Below the pieces are notes generated by a model, which made no database searches, had not been told where the DNA came from, and saw nothing but the letters and a program-made list of their open reading frames with translations. This document shows positions 1-14,384 of a DNA stretch of 64,000 bases, in pieces (the stretch's first letter is position 1; each line of letters starts with the position of its first letter). Made by a program: the position numbers and the translations under genes. This stretch comes from Eledone cirrhosa (Eukaryota): NCBI GenBank assembly GCA_964016885.1, contig OZ024746.1, positions 97,092,001 to 97,156,000 on the forward strand, read 5' to 3'.

Positions 1-1079
1 ATGAATGTATAAATAATTACTTTTGATTCGCTAAAAGTAGGCTGTTTCATCAATCAGTAAGCATTTGTCTTCTAAAACAAATTGAAGATCATCTATAATA
101 AATTTTCTATGAACACAGCCCGGTAGCTCATAAGTAAATGATGTTGAAACAGCATAAAAAAAAAAATATATATATCAAAATCAACCATGGGGACAAAAGT
201 TGCACCAACATATACACCAACCAGGTCATAGAATAGCATGAATTAAAGATCTGTGAACAATCCTCTCAAATTTATTTAAATAAAAACTGGAAAAGATTCC
301 TGGATGACTGATTAATCTGGTGAAGGGAAAATCTTGAAAATTGTAACAATTTTCAAAATTGCATCCATAATATAAACCCTCACATCCAGTACTCTATAAA
401 TTTCAGCCACAATAGGCTCTCCTTCATAGATATACTAATAACAAAAAGAAACACAAAACTAGAAACTTATATATATTTCAAAAATACCAACTCTTGACAA
501 TACCTCCATTTTACATGGTTGCATCCAAAATACACCTGGACAAACAGTCAATTCGATTTAACAAAATTTGCATAATTATCTTAACTTTAACAGGAAGAGA
601 CCATGGATTAGAGGGCATGAAAGAATACTAACAGAAAATATCCTTTATATTTAATCAATAATAGTATACAAAATGTAAAGCAAATTAACTCTCTAAAAAA
701 GGAAAAATGGTTATACCATATATTTTGACTTTTAACCCAAAGAATGCCGAAATGTATACAAATATCTAAATAAACATACCAACATACCAACTAAGGATCA
801 AAAGGTAAAAAACATCTTGGAGAAATATCCAAGGTATAATCACTAAAATAATTAATTAAACATCCTGAAGATAGTAAATGCAATTAAACAAACAGCTGGT
901 GCAATTATAAAACGAACCCAGGACATTCTGAAAAGTGGTTAGCATTAGGATAAGAGTCCAACTATAAAAAACTAACTCAAATATGGAACATATGGGAAAA
1001 TGAGCAAAACAAGGTTCTTTGACCAGTCAGATTTTGCACAGAAAACTGATGCAAAATGACAATGATATATATATATTTT

Positions 1080-1262
1080 TTTTTTTTTCCCAATTCCATC
1101 CTGCCCGTCCCCTTAATCTATTTTATTCCTCATTCTTTCTTCTGATGAAGGACTAGCGTCCGAAACGTTAAGACCCTCTTCCTGCTATATCAAGCGTTAA
1201 CCTAAAATATACCTTCAATATACTGTACCAATTGTGTTGTTATTTCTCTTTACCTTTTACAT
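1080..1262 (+). mobile_element. Penelope-like element terminal (pLTR-like) fragment carrying a minimal hammerhead
   Basis: Flanked by (TA)n. A closely similar second copy lies on the minus strand at ~61945-62150. Contains the CTGATGA..GAAAC core typical of PLE ends. Confidence 0.65.
1138..1173 (+). ncRNA. Minimal hammerhead ribozyme motif
   Basis: tctt-CTGATGA-a-ggac(tagc)gtcc-GAAAC-GTT-aaga. Stem I tctt/aaga, stem II ggac/gtcc, palindromic AACGTT stem III (dimer-type), GUU cleavage triplet. Confidence 0.7.
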
Positions 1263-1984
1263 ATATATATATATCATTATGATCCTGTCTCTATTTGTGT
1301 ACTCCTGAAGAAGGGCTAAAGCCTGACACATCGAACATTCTTTCCCTTTTTCCATATAAAGCGTGAAACTAATAAGACTTTTTGTATCTCAGTTTGTTGT
1401 TTCCTTGAACTATATATATAATAATAATAATAAGCAGGGAAAAGCGGACGTAAAATGATGATGATGAATATATTATATATATATATATAATATATTATAT
1501 ATATATAATATATTATATATATATATAATAATAATAATAATAGAATTATATATATATATATATATATATATAATAATTATTATTTTTATTATTATCATCA
1601 TTATTATTATTTTGTGCATTATCACTGCATTACTGAGTGCCGCTCTGTGCGACTTGAGTATTTTTGGGAATCACTGGCTTAGACAATCAGACAATCAACA
1701 TCATGTAAGATCTATTTCATGAATTTCACTAAGTAATTGACTATAAGAGAAAAATTTCATTAAATAATGATAAGAGTTATTTCTGTTAATTTGGCACAAT
1801 ACTGTTGCTTGTCTGTGTAGGAAGTATAGCTGATAGAACAAGCATAATTATCTTATTACTGCATTGTTTAATCAACTGCATATGGATTAGAAATTTGCAG
1901 TATCTGATATCAAGCTAGATGCTATACAGAATATAGTCTGTCATGCTATCATGTATGCTAATTTATTCACCCCAGTGGACTAAT

Positions 1985-2202
1985 AATTATGGTTTCTTAT
2001 ATAGGCACAAGGCCAGCATTTTGGGGGGAGGGGAAAGTCGATTAAATCGACCCCAATGCGGGACTGGTACTTTATTTTATCGACCCCCGTAAGGATGAAA
2101 GGCAAAGTTAACCTCGGCGGGATTTGAACTCAATCCGTAAAGGGACGTAACTCTGTGTTGCAAAGCATGGCGTCCAACCCTCTGCCGATACTGCCAATCC
2201 AT
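1985..2202 (-). mobile_element. tRNA-derived SINE (dominant family of this window)
   Basis: Reverse complement of head GGATTGGCAGTATCGG / B box GAGTTCAAATC, central block CTTTGCCTTTCATCCTTACGGGGTCGATAAAATAAAGTACCAG, and (ATT)n tail. Confidence 0.85.
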
Positions 2203-3399
2203 AATAATAATAATAACAATTTATTTGCTAATAGATAAGATGCCCTTAAAATTGAGGGAGTGAATTAATAAAAACAAAAAAAACAAAAAAATGATTTTAG
2301 ATTGTAAACAATTGAAATAACATTATCTTGGCTGTCACTGATAGCTTGGTTCTTAGTAATATGAGAACCTCTAGTGAACAGGCCAGATGAGCATATAAGT
2401 CTTGCCTAGATCCATGAAAACCTCTAACAAACAGCTATGATGAGTAGGTAAATCTTGACTCTATGAGATCCTCTACTGAACAACAGATCAGATCAACAGT
2501 CATATCTTATTTAATTTTATGAGAACTTTGTTCTGAAATTTGTTTTATGCACTCATGCCAAATTGGTCACATGCACCAACCTTTCATCGCTTTTATTTAA
2601 AGTGAAATTAATTATTTCTTTACTGAGGAATGTTCTTGAATGATATCTTGTGGGAAATAGGAGAGAATCTTATGAGAAATAAGTGGCACCTCTCCTTGCT
2701 TAACTCTGCTGTCAACACAAGCTCCTTAGCTTGGTTCTAATCATTTTGAGCGAAGTTATTTTGAGCAAAACATTAAGAGCGAATGGTAAAACATAGAAAC
2801 TTGAATTTACAGTTCTTCCATCTTCTTGATACACCAAATGATATAAAAAGTGCTTTACTGAAACTGGTATGAATGAGATAAGGATCAACTAAATCTATAT
2901 TGCTAAGCAGGAAACACTCTACAAATTAAAAAATATAATGAATCACTGAACATTGTACAAAAACTCTAAGACTTTCCAGTATGCCAGCCAGTATCCCAGA
3001 TTGTCACAGATAGAGACAACTTGCTGGTAACACTTAAAAGCCAAATATATCTAATAGTTATTCAGTATCCAGGACCAAATGTCTACATGATGAACTTTGC
3101 AAGACATACTAGTTTATTCTCTTTACCAAATACAGGTGCAAAATCCCTCTTCTTGGTCCCATTAAAATCTAATTTTAAAACCAACTTATAGCTAAATAGA
3201 AATGGGACCTTACACAAGCAAATAAACCAAAGTGGTGTGATTACCAAGTTCCCAAAATGTATAATTGTTAACATTTATAGGCCTGGTGACCATAGATGTC
3301 ATTAAACTACTACAAAATTGAAATGATTGAGCAAGCTCAACAAGATGGAATAGAAATATTTAACAAGCTACAGTAAAATTCTCTCCTACTCCATTCTAA

Positions 3400-4790
3400 C
3401 CACATGTCTGTAATATCAGAGCTGTGATAGTAGTGTTTGTATCTGGAGCAATTCTCTGATCTCCGAGCTATGCACACTATTGAGTACAGTTACTCCAAAG
3501 ATCCTTCAGAAGAGCCCTATTTTGGCTGCTTGTATTCTTTCAGTCATTACTCAAGATTCATGACCATATTGAAAATAGGGAATTTGCCTTTTACACTTAC
3601 TTCCCTTCTTCTGCTGAAGCTGGCACAATACTGCACCATCACTTGTGAACATGGCCTGAGGTACTTGAACTTCTTAACCTGCTTCAGTGGAACTCCACTC
3701 ACATGTAGAGTGCACTGTGCAGACTTCCTTGAGAAAACAAGTGTCTCAGTTTCGCAGCACTGATTTTCACTGATTTTCATTCCAGCATCAAACCTATCAA
3801 GTGCAAGTCAGAGATCACCATATGTCGAGTTAAGTAACACCATGTCGTCTGCAAATTCCAGCTGACTGATTTGACATCCACCAATCATGATACCATGTCC
3901 AGTCCATCTGTGCATATCAATCCTGTCCATGAAGATTATGAACAGGCGAGGTGACAGTACGCATCCTTGGTGAAATCTGACACACACATTGAATAGTTTC
4001 AATTAAGCACAATTTATGCAAACACAAATACTACGGCATTTGCATAGATACATGAGGTCAACAGGAAGCTGTCCATAAATCACATACTCTAGCAGAATCT
4101 TCAACAAGACCCAGAGAAAGTGCCTTTTTCTGGTCTATGAAACATAATTTCTCCAGACCTGCTGCAGTGTGAACATTTGATCAGCTGTGCTGCATCAAGG
4201 GCAAAAATCTCACTATTCATCAGCTAGCTTGCACTCTTCAATATCTCTAGATCTCTTTGCCAGACACTAAGTAAAGATTTTTCCAGGAAAACCTAACAGG
4301 AGATCCTTAAAAAATTGGAGCAATCTCTCGTCATCCTTTTTGAATATTGGAATTATCACTCTCCATTGCCATTATTTAGGTGCCTTTCCAGAGATCCAGG
4401 CCACCCGGTACACATGAGTCAACCAGAGAGTACCTTCTCTATTTAAGGCTTTTAACATCTCTAACCAAATTTCCAGCTACATTTGAGCTCTTTAATTGCT
4501 TTTGTGACATCACCATTCGAGAGGTTAGTCATTGCATCCTGATACACCTCATCTACATCAGAAGATGCTGTTATGATTTGGTTTAAGAGATCAGCTAAGT
4601 ATTCTCTCCACCTCATGACGATGCACTTCTCTGAAGAGAGGAGAATCCCAGGCATGTCCCTGATATCAGGTGTGGTGGAGGACTTCTTATTATGAAGTCA
4701 GAGGATGATCTCTCAGAACACTTTATTTGCTGATCTAAAATCAGATTCCAGCATAACCCTACAGTCCTCCCATTTCTTAGGAAAATTTCA
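3400..4790 (-). mobile_element. Decayed RTE-clade LINE, reverse transcriptase region
   Basis: Fragmented ORFs with QGCVLSP..F.I.MD, FADDMVLL and KFKYL RT motifs. Same family as 57440-59030 and 19270-19720. Confidence 0.85.
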
Positions 4791-5889
4791 GAAAAATAAA
4801 ACATTTTTTTTAATAGATATAAAATGGTATTATTAAAGTTCACAAATATTCAGTGTGGTACGAATGATAAGCATAATTAGAGATTTCTGGGAATGATTTC
4901 TATGATATTACATATACACTCCTTTTGGAAATGCCCCTCAGCCAATATGATATAAATTCAAGTAACTTAAGTTTATCAAATAGTACAGTTTTCAAATAAT
5001 GATGATAAATGTACCTTTCTATGTCAGAAACTTCTTTTATCTGAACAGAAAATGTTCATATAATTAAGAAAATAGGCTGGTTTCATGCAGTGCTTGTTCA
5101 TTCTCTGGCTAATGAGGAAAGAAAAAATCTTTTTTTTTTTTTTGAAGGAAATGTAGAAAAGTAAAATTTTAGCGTTTTCCTCCTTTTCTTAATTAAAAAA
5201 AAAAAATGATTTTTAGTGTTTCAGTTTTTCAACAATACTAGTGAAATGTAAATTAAATGGATAAAGTTATTTCATCATTTTTGCTTTCAAATTCAGATAG
5301 TATAATGATAAAAAAAATTATAACAAAAATACAGAAGTGTCAAGATACCATTTCTAACAATGAGGAAATCAAACTAAATATCATGTACATATGCAAATCC
5401 ATGCTGAAAGGCAATTATAGTTACATACTAAAACTGCATTTGAAAACATAACATAAGTTTAATATGGTACTCAATGAGAACCATCATACAGGAATGCATA
5501 TTATTCATTCAGGGTATCATACCAAAAAAAAAAAAAAAAAAAAAAAATCGTTATAAAACATAATTTCAAAATTTCTACAACTAATGGAAAAGGCAAACTT
5601 CTATGTCTAAAAAGCATCCAAACTAATGCTGTTTTTTTTTTGTTTTTTTTAAGATTTGGAAGTTTATAGCATGAAATCTAAGTATTGATTCCTTTTAATA
5701 AGTCAAAAAGTGATAAAATCCAGATATTGATTTTTTAAGAGGAATCAGGATTGAGATTGAATGGTTGATAACAAAATAATATTGAGAAATAATATCTTTT
5801 TCAAGGTCATTATTGATGGCAGTTAAGTGAAATTAAAATTAACTGTCATGAATTTGAATTACTAAGATTTATATTTAACACAAAGACTT

Positions 5890-6270
5890 ATACACAATAA
5901 CAGCACACAATAACATACACACAACAACACACATACACAGCTTCACTCACACACATTAACAAACATACACACAGCATACACATCGCCTCAAACACACACA
6001 CACACAACACATACAACAACACACACCACAAAACACGCAAACACACACACAACACATACAACAACACACACCACAAAACACGCAAACATACAGCACACAC
6101 AACACATACAACACACACACAACAACAACACACACATACAACACACCCAACAATACACACACACACAACATATACAACAACACACACCCAACAACACACA
6201 CACACCACACACTCAACACACATTCACACAACACACCCAATAACACACACAACACCACACACACAACAAG
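5890..6270. repeat. Degenerate (CA)/(CAA)-rich microsatellite
   Basis: Direct inspection. Explains the Cys/Val-rich ORFs. Confidence 0.95.
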
Positions 6271-7774
6271 CATTTAAAAACCATTTCCTCTGCTAAAGCA
6301 AGGGTTAGTCATACAAGGTTTTATTCATGGGCCCATCTTTAGACATTTTACAACTTGGCATCTTTACTTGCACCAACCATTTTAGTCCTCTCCTACCACA
6401 CACAGGATATGGTGTACTTATTGTAAATTGGATACACACAACATGAAGTTATATCAATGAATAAGTCTATAATGTTTGTATATGATTTATGTTTACACAA
6501 ATATTGAATATAGAAGTATGTTATATGCCTATGTTATAAGTCTAAAGTCTGTTCCAAGCCTAGAGCCTCATCAGGCCAGTGTGTATCCTGGTTTGATCAG
6601 TGTTAAATAACTGAGTGTACAAAACTCTCCCCTGGATAGGATGCTAGTCCATCATATGGTTATATGATGTGAACATGATTTAAAAAAAAAATCATGTTCG
6701 TTTAAAAATAATTTTTAAATAATGAAAATATACACAGACATGTATATAATGTAAAATGAAATTGGAAGGCCCATATATATGTGTGAGTGTGTGTGTATAT
6801 ATATATATATATATGATGATGATGATGATGATGATATATATATATATATATATGGGTGTCTTTGACCTATATACACTGGTTGCAAACACACACACATACA
6901 CACAAACACACATATATACATACATATATATATTCACGCACACACATATATATATATATAATTACATACACAACACCACCAGCTCTCTTTGTCTTCCATT
7001 TTCTTTCTCTCTCTTCTCCTCTCCCTCTCTCTATGTCTCTCTTTCAATCTACTCCCTCACAACCACTATCACTTCCTCTCTAACTTTCTCTCTCTCTATT
7101 TATGAAGGTACCCAGAAAAACCCAATATCTCAGGAACCCGTGGTCCGGTTTACACAAAACTTGTTTAATTCTATTTGTATTCCCTTTTCAGGGTCAACAT
7201 CCTTTCAAAATATTTTCCTAATATGCATCATTTTGGCTGTATTAAATTACAGACAAGCACACAATAACAGAGTTTTAGTAGTATATAGATAGTTAGACAA
7301 TGCTTCAAGCAAACTACAACATTTTATTATTCTTAAATGAAATTATAATGGAGGGTTTTTAGCTACGGGTAATTTTGTAGCAAAATGATAAAGAGATAGT
7401 GTATTACTAAATGGCATAATTTTGATCTTTCTCAGATTGTTTTCTATAATTCTTATAATTTTATATAAGAAACTTTGTTCCCAAAACTATCTTAATAGTG
7501 TGAACCTTAGTTATATTAAATCTCTGAGAATACTTCTTTATTTACAAAATGATTCAAAATTTACAGGCAATGTATTTCATTAGAAATATTGCAAGTAAAG
7601 GGTGAATTATAATAATTGAATCCCTAATATACACCTAAGGATCTAACTGAATATGTAAATGATGAGGAAGTAGATGCTGATGATGATGATGTATGTATTT
7701 ACTGATACATAACTATCTATAGAGACACATATATATATTCTAATACATGGTATTATATATAGGTAACATCATAC

Positions 7775-7842
<68 letters not shown>

Positions 7843-7905
7843 CACACACACACATATATATATTATATATATATATATGTATGTATGTGTGTGATCATCA
7901 TCAAG

Positions 7906-7952
<47 letters not shown>

Positions 7953-7977
7953 ATACATGTATGTATGTGATCGTCAT

Positions 7978-8595
7978 ATATCATCATCATCATCATCATC
8001 ATCACCGTTTTACGTCCGTTCTTCCACGCTAGCATGGGTTAGACGGGTTGTCCTGTTGTGGGCAGTGTCTGGTCGGCTGACCATGCCTTGCTCATACAGG
8101 AACTGATCTGGCTTGATTTCTACAGCTGGATGCCCTTCCTAACACCAACCTCATTTACAGTGAGTGCTGGGTGCTTTTTCGTGGCGCCTACACGTCCACT
8201 TTACAGTGTGGGCTGGGTGCTTTTTTGCCGTGGCACCTCCACGACCACCTTGCGGTGGGGGGGGGGGCATATTGTTTATATGCTTCAGCATGTACCCATG
8301 GGAGGTCGGGTACCCTGTATTACTGCGTGACGCCAGAAGTCACGGTCGTGTGTCATTGACTTTGAGAGGTGTAGTTGGGTAAGGTCGGCTTTTATCACCT
8401 CATCCCAAGTCATCTTGGGTCTCCCCACTCCGCGGTTTCCATCAACTTCTAGTGCTCTGCACCTTTTTATGCAGCTGTCATCCTTCATACGCATCACATG
8501 TCCATACCAGCGTAACCGCCTCTCCTGCACGCAGCATTTGATTCCTCTTATGCTCAGTCTCTCTCTCAATTCATTTATGCTTTGTCGTTCACGTA
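7978..8595 (-). mobile_element. 5'-truncated RTE LINE (subfamily B) with SINE-like 3' region and (CAT)n tail
   Basis: ORF 8285-8629 has RRLRWYGHVMRM..GRPKMTW (RTE C-terminus), followed by the AGGAAGGGCATCCAGC block and the CCCATGCTAGCGTGGAAGAACGGACG(ATG)n tail. Confidence 0.85.
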
Positions 8596-8936
8596 TATAT
8601 ATATATATACACACACACATATATCGCATGTATAAGTAAATATATACCCCGTCTAACCCATGCTAGCGTGGAAGAACGGACGTAAAATGGTGATGATGAT
8701 AATGATGATACATGCATTTAATGATTGTGATTTGAAACTATTTAACTGATGGAAATTCAGTTAGATCTTTAATAATTTCAATTGTTAACCATAATAATTG
8801 TTTCTAATTTAGGCACAAGGCCAGCAATTAGCCCAGTGTATTACTGGTACTTTATTTTATCGACTCCGTAAGGATGAACGGCAAAGTTAACCTCGGTGTA
8901 TTATTCATTCATTTAATTTGCACTTAACATGCATTT

Positions 8937-9110
8937 ATATTATATAAAGTGTTTATATTGTATAAAGTATTTATATTATATAAAGTGTTTATATTGTATA
9001 AAGTATTTATATTATATAAAGTGTTCATGTTATATAAAGTATTTATGCTATATAAAGTATCTATGTTACATAAAGTATGTATTTACGGTCTATATAAAGT
9101 ATATACATTA
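8937..9110. repeat. 18-bp AT-rich minisatellite (TATAAAGTRTTTATATTR)
   Basis: About 9 degenerate units. Confidence 0.85.
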
Positions 9111-9404
9111 TATCAAGTGCTCTCTTTTGAAAATGTTACATTTGATATTTGATTACAATGATGGTGCCCCAGCATGGTCTCAATCTGTTGACTGGAACAT
9201 TTAATAGAGTAAAGTGAACCTTATGGTTTTCCCCAACTATGAGCTTTAATATTTATGCATATTAGGTATTACAGGTAGAGCTTCTTTGAATTGAGAGATT
9301 GCAGCTCGGATATGACAGGTTAGAATATCTCAAGAAAGAGTCACCTGATACTACAAGATATTTGATTTGTAACTCTAATGACTCTGTCAATTTACTACCT
9401 ACAC

Positions 9405-9745
9405 TATGTATGTATGGTCCCGTAACTCCTGATGGAGTCGTAGGGGTGCCTCATTGACATACAGCGTTTCTTGGGCATTTTAAGCCTGGAGGAGTTTATC
9501 CCTCTCCCAGCCTGAATACAGCAGCTTTCTTCCAGAGAAAGATAGAAAGTGAGAGAGAGGAAATGAGAAATAGATATGGAGGAAGAATCGACTCCAGTAC
9601 TAGACTGGTACTTTTTTTATCAACCTTGAAAGGATGAAAGGCAAAGTCAACCTTGGTGAAATTTGAACTCAGAAAGAAGAGAACCGGAACATATAGTAGA
9701 ATATATGTGATTTGTCACTCTAACGACTGTGCCAATTTACCACTT
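9405..9745 (-). mobile_element. SINE variant with the same central domain but a different 3' tail
   Basis: Second copy at ~16845-17190. Both share CATTGACATACAGCG and GGAGGAAGAATYGACTCCAGTACTAGACTGGTAC. Confidence 0.7.
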
Positions 9746-10369
9746 ATACTATACTAGAAGTCAATTCAATCAACTAGCCATCTTCTCCATAAATTTGTGG
9801 CCTGATGCCACACTGTAAGAAATCGATGTAATTTCTTCATTTAATGAGAATACAAAGAGAAACCTAAAGACAACAACCTCTACTTTGATAGTCATGGACA
9901 TAACAAATCACTCACTTTCTCACACGCCTATATAACTAACTTACACCTAACCAACAAAACAAACAAGCATAACACATAATATGACACAAGAGAACAAAAA
10001 ATTCTCCTGTCCTATTTGAAGTATATCAATAAACAATCCTTTGAAATAAGTAATAAAATGTTGGGAAAGAAAAGATATTGCTTGCTTTAATCTTTAATAT
10101 TTATATTTATAAACCAAAACCAAAAGGAACCCAAAAGAAACTATCAAGTTTCAGAAAGAACTCTATAAATTAACTGACCATACATTTAATCATGTTTCTA
10201 ACATTAGGTATATAAACGATCCTTTTATAAACATACATACACTCATATATGAGTATTTGGGGATAAGAACTGCTGAAATTGTGAGAATAAAAGTTCCCAG
10301 AGTAAAGACCTGTAACACTCAATAGTTCAGTAGTTCATTTTACCCAGCTGTAAAGAGTTAGTATACAAT

Positions 10370-10657
10370 CAGGGTAGGATTTAGACCTGGGAGGGTGGGG
10401 GCACTTCAGCTTAGGGTGACCCCTCATACACAAAAATTAGAATACACAGCAAACCCCCACAATTTTACATATCAAAGTTAGCTTAGCACAAGTAATTGGA
10501 ATTGAAAAAGGTATTAGATTAAAAAATTCTAACCTCGCTAAAACTAAAAAGCCCAGCTGAGGGCACAAATAAATTTCTGCAATCGCTGCTGGTGGGGCCC
10601 TCCAGGGTGCCTGGGGAAATTATCCCTTTTGCTCCTCTCCCATTAAATCCAGCCCTG
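10370..10657. mobile_element. hAT-type MITE
   Basis: TIR CAGGGtaGGATTTA / TAAATCCAGCCCTG, with a perfect 8-bp TSD TATACAAT at 10362-10369 and 10658-10665. Confidence 0.85.
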
Positions 10658-10929
10658 TATACAATGGTAAACTTTTTCACTGTAAGTCTGTATAACTTAT
10701 TTCTCAGTAAGTATTTTGTTTGCTTCAAGATCTGTGTCATAATTACTCATGAGCGGTAGATTGGCAGTATCGGTAGAGTTAGGCCCTTTACGGTCTGAGT
10801 TCAAATCCCACCAGGGTTAACTTTGCCTTTCATTCTTACAGGGTTGGTAAAATAAACTGTTTCTAGTTTTGGTACAAGTTTCTGATTTGCACCTGTCATG
10901 TAGATATTAAAGAAAGACTCAAATTGACA

Positions 10930-11124
10930 GGCGGTGGATTGGCAGTATCGGTAGAGGGTCGGACGCCATGCTTTGATGCATAGAGTTACGGCCCTTGCCA
11001 TTCTGAGTTCAAATCCTGCCAAGGTTAACTTTGCCTTTTATCCTTACGGGATCGATAAAATAAAGTACCAGTAATGCACTGGGTAATTGCTGGCCTTGTG
11101 CCAAAAAGTAGAAACAATTATTAT
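10930..11124 (+). mobile_element. Full-length tRNA-derived SINE
   Basis: A box TGGCAGTATCGG, B box GAGTTCAAATC, central domain resembling the MetaSINE/Nin-type block (family name from memory), ATT tail. Confidence 0.9.
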
Positions 11125-11271
11125 CCTAATAACCAAACAATGATTCAACAACCAGATAGAATGTATCAAAGATACAAAAGATGAGATAGAAAATAATACA
11201 CAGCTTATGTAATGGATACACTTTCACTACAGAAACATCTGACATTCATCAAGTCAAAGGCAATTTACATC

Positions 11272-11597
11272 CAGGGTTGGATTTAGACCTTAGGGGGCCC
11301 TGGGCACTTCAAGTTTTTTTTTTTTGGGGGGGGGGGGGGGGGTCTCATACACCAACAATTAGAATACACAGCAACCCCCCCCACTCCCAATTTTACATAT
11401 CAAAGTAAGCTTGGTACAAGTAATTGGAATTGAAAATTTATACATACAGGTATTAAATTAAAAAAATTCTAACAATCTTAAACTAAAAAACCCAGCTGAG
11501 GACTCAAATAAATTGCTACGGTTGTCACTGATGGGCTGCCCCACTGCAGGAGGCCCGGGGAATTTGCCCCATTGTCCCCTCATTAAATCCAGCCTTT
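11272..11597. mobile_element. hAT-type MITE, second copy
   Basis: Same TIRs and internal sequence as 10370-10657. Degenerate TSD tttacatc/cttatatc. Confidence 0.75.
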
Positions 11598-12099
11598 CTT
11601 ATATCATAACCATTAAATTCTTAGAAACTAACAGCTGCATTTATTTCCAATAAACCAATTTGATAAACTTTTAAAATATAGGTCTTTATTAACATCACTT
11701 GCCAGACAAAAGAAATTTCCTAGAATAAATATAGGTAACTAAATTAAAACCTCATTAGCACACTTCTGAAACAACTTTTAAGACCCATTTTCATGCTGAA
11801 CAGCCAATAGTTAACAAAGGAACTACAAACAACACACAAAGAATTAGTTAACAACTTCACTGAAGAAAACTAAAATCAATAGATTTGTCTTCATTAGTAG
11901 TATAATGCTAAGAAATGACACATCAAAGTAACCAGAAATAAACTAAATGGATTTACATTATTTTATTAACTAACACATCACACTTTACACCATTTCTAGG
12001 TGAATATAGTCACCTACATAAATATCACAACTTGAAATCTTGAAACAATTATCACACATACATACCACACAATATGGCAGATATTGTACCTGGATGATA

Positions 12100-12291
12100 T
12101 ACATTGAAATTCTGTTATAATGAAATTCACGGGGTATATAAAAAAAATTCGTTGTAATGAAAAATTCTTTATAACGAGATCGACTGAAACAAATCGAGTG
12201 TTTGATTGTTATTACCTCGGGAATTGAAAAACATTCAATATACTGAAAAATTTGATATAATGGTATTCATTATAATGAAATTTTACCTGTA
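12100..12291. mobile_element. Tc1/mariner (Tigger/pogo-like) MITE
   Basis: TA-CA...CTG-TA ends with GTTATAAC subterminal motifs. Inverted copy at 32461-32663. Confidence 0.7.
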
Positions 12292-12549
12292 CTATAAATA
12301 AATTTATGAGCCAAACAGGAATCCATAAAAATGAATCATTCCAGTGAAGGTGGGCATCACTAAAACTAATGTATTTCACACCTGCAATAATATTGTTGAC
12401 AGTCTAATGGAAGTAATATGGAGCCATCTAAACTTAGCACTTATCACTATATCCTGTAATTTCCAATGGAGTAGTAGAGGTGCTGTCCTGGCCATTTTAA
12501 ACCTGCTGGTTTCCTTCCCTATCTCAGTTTAATCACAGTCAGATTCTTC

Positions 12550-12585
<36 letters not shown>

Positions 12586-12893
12586 AAAAGATAGATAGAG
12601 AGTAAAGGAGATGAATAAGATAGATAGAGAGATAGATAATATAGGATAGCAAGCATTGTTCAGTCAGGCCAAGCATATGACAACCTCTCCAGTGCTGGTG
12701 CCACAATAAAAATGCATCTGTCATGTGGCTGGTTTTATGCAGGTAATCCATGCCAAACATGAATCATGTGCTCAAGGCAAGTTCTCTCCAACCTGCCAAA
12801 AGAGACACCATGACAATCCATCCAATCCATGCCAGCATAGAAGGTGGAAAAAATGATGGAAAAAATGAGGATGATGATGATATATATATATAT

Positions 12894-13103
12894 ATAGGAA
12901 AAAGTATGACCCCGACGGCAGAGCTCAAGCCGTTTCGACGGCTATTTCTGGACTGAGGTTTCTAGTCCAGAAATAGCCATCAAAACGGCTTGAGCTCTGC
13001 TGTTAGGGTCATGCTTTTTCCTATTACCCACACTACTACCCTAAGTATTGAGTACTCTGGTGCGTTATGGTCCATCTGGTTCCTTACCACAACTCCTTCC
13101 TTA
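12894..13103. mobile_element. Palindromic Penelope-like end
   Basis: ~61-bp inverted arms (12894-12954 / 12964-13024) plus a unique tail, flanked by TA tracts. Non-palindromic copy at ~31330-31478. Confidence 0.6.
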
Positions 13104-13106
13104 TAT

Positions 13107-14022
13107 ATCATCATCATCATCATCAACGTTTAACGTCCGTGTTCCACGCTTGCATGGGTTTGGACGGGGGTTTTCCCACTTGAGGCAAGAGTGATTATCT
13201 TGCTCGCATAGGACTATCTGGCGGGTTTTCTACAGCTGGATGCCCTTCCTAACACCAACCACATTTACAGTGTGGGGCTGGGAGGTTTTTACCGTGTTGC
13301 CTACACGGCCACATTACAGCGTGAACTGTGTGTTTTTTTGTCGTGACACCTACACGATCTCATTTGTTTCGGCCTGGATGTTGTGGCACCAACATAACTT
13401 TACATTGAAAGGGGCGGTGTGGATGGGGTGGGGGTGGTGGGACGGGGGTGTATTTTGTTAGAGATGCCTACTGACTGTAGTAGGTTTTACTTTGTATTTA
13501 GGTAATCTCTATTACTGAGTACCGCCAAAGGTCTCGGTCCAGTGACATTGTCTTGGTGAGGTGTAAGTGTGTGAGGTCGGAATTTATCAGCTCGTCCCAG
13601 GTCTTTCTGGGTCTGCCTATTTCGTGGCTACCGTCTATCTTTATTGCCCTGCACTTTGTTATACAGCTATCGTCTTTCATGCGCATCACGTGACCATACC
13701 AACGCAGCCTTCTCTCGAGTAAACAACATCTGATCCCTCTTATTTCTAATTTTTTCCTTAGTTCGTTTATGCTTTGCCGTTCACGTATATTACTACTACA
13801 CATCCAGCGGGGCATGCAAGCTTCGTTTCTCTCTAGTCTGCGTATATCCTCTGCACACAATGCCCAGGTCTCACTGCCATGCAACATTGCTGTTCGTATG
13901 CAGGCATCATACAACCTGCCTTTCATTTTTAGGGAGAACCCTTTAGCGGCTAATAGTGGTATAAGCTCTCTGAACTTTTTCCATCCAGTTCTGACTCTAG
14001 CTACTGTACTTTCAGAGCACCC
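13107..14022 (-). mobile_element. 5'-truncated RTE LINE (subfamily A) with long SINE-like 3' UTR
   Basis: ORF 13498-13926 (MLHGSETW, RRLRWYGHV, GRPRKTW). Near-identical to 59800-60820, including the 3' UTR. Confidence 0.9.
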
Positions 14023-14140
14023 TATATGTATATATATATATTATGGATAGTTTTAGCGTACAGCGTTATTTGACTCAACAAGAGGTTTATGATGAGTTTA
14101 TGATTTCACTTGTATTCCTATGTAAGTTTATCTTGGAGTA

Positions 14141-14367
14141 ATAAAATTGAAAAAGTGGAGAATAACATGGTCAATAGTACAAAAAAGGGGATTTATTTAC
14201 AGTCTAACAATTGTTTCACTGATAAAGATGTCTAAAAATTGCTGAATCAGATCTTCAGAAACTCTTCAGTTTTTAGACATCTTTATCAGTGAAACAATTG
14301 TCAGACTGTAAATGAATCCCCTTTTTTGTACTGTTGACCATGTTATTCTCCACTTTTTCAATTTTAT
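14141..14367. mobile_element. Palindromic Penelope-like end
   Basis: ~100-bp inverted arms (14141-14240 / 14270-14367) ending in (TA)n. Contains a hammerhead. Confidence 0.7.
14202..14262 (-). ncRNA. Hammerhead ribozyme motif
   Basis: gttt-CTGAAGA-tctgat..atcagt-GAAAC-aatt-GTT-agac. Stems I (with a G-U), II and III can all form. The partner arm has GTC at the cleavage site. Confidence 0.6.
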
Positions 14368-14384
14368 ATATATATATATATATA

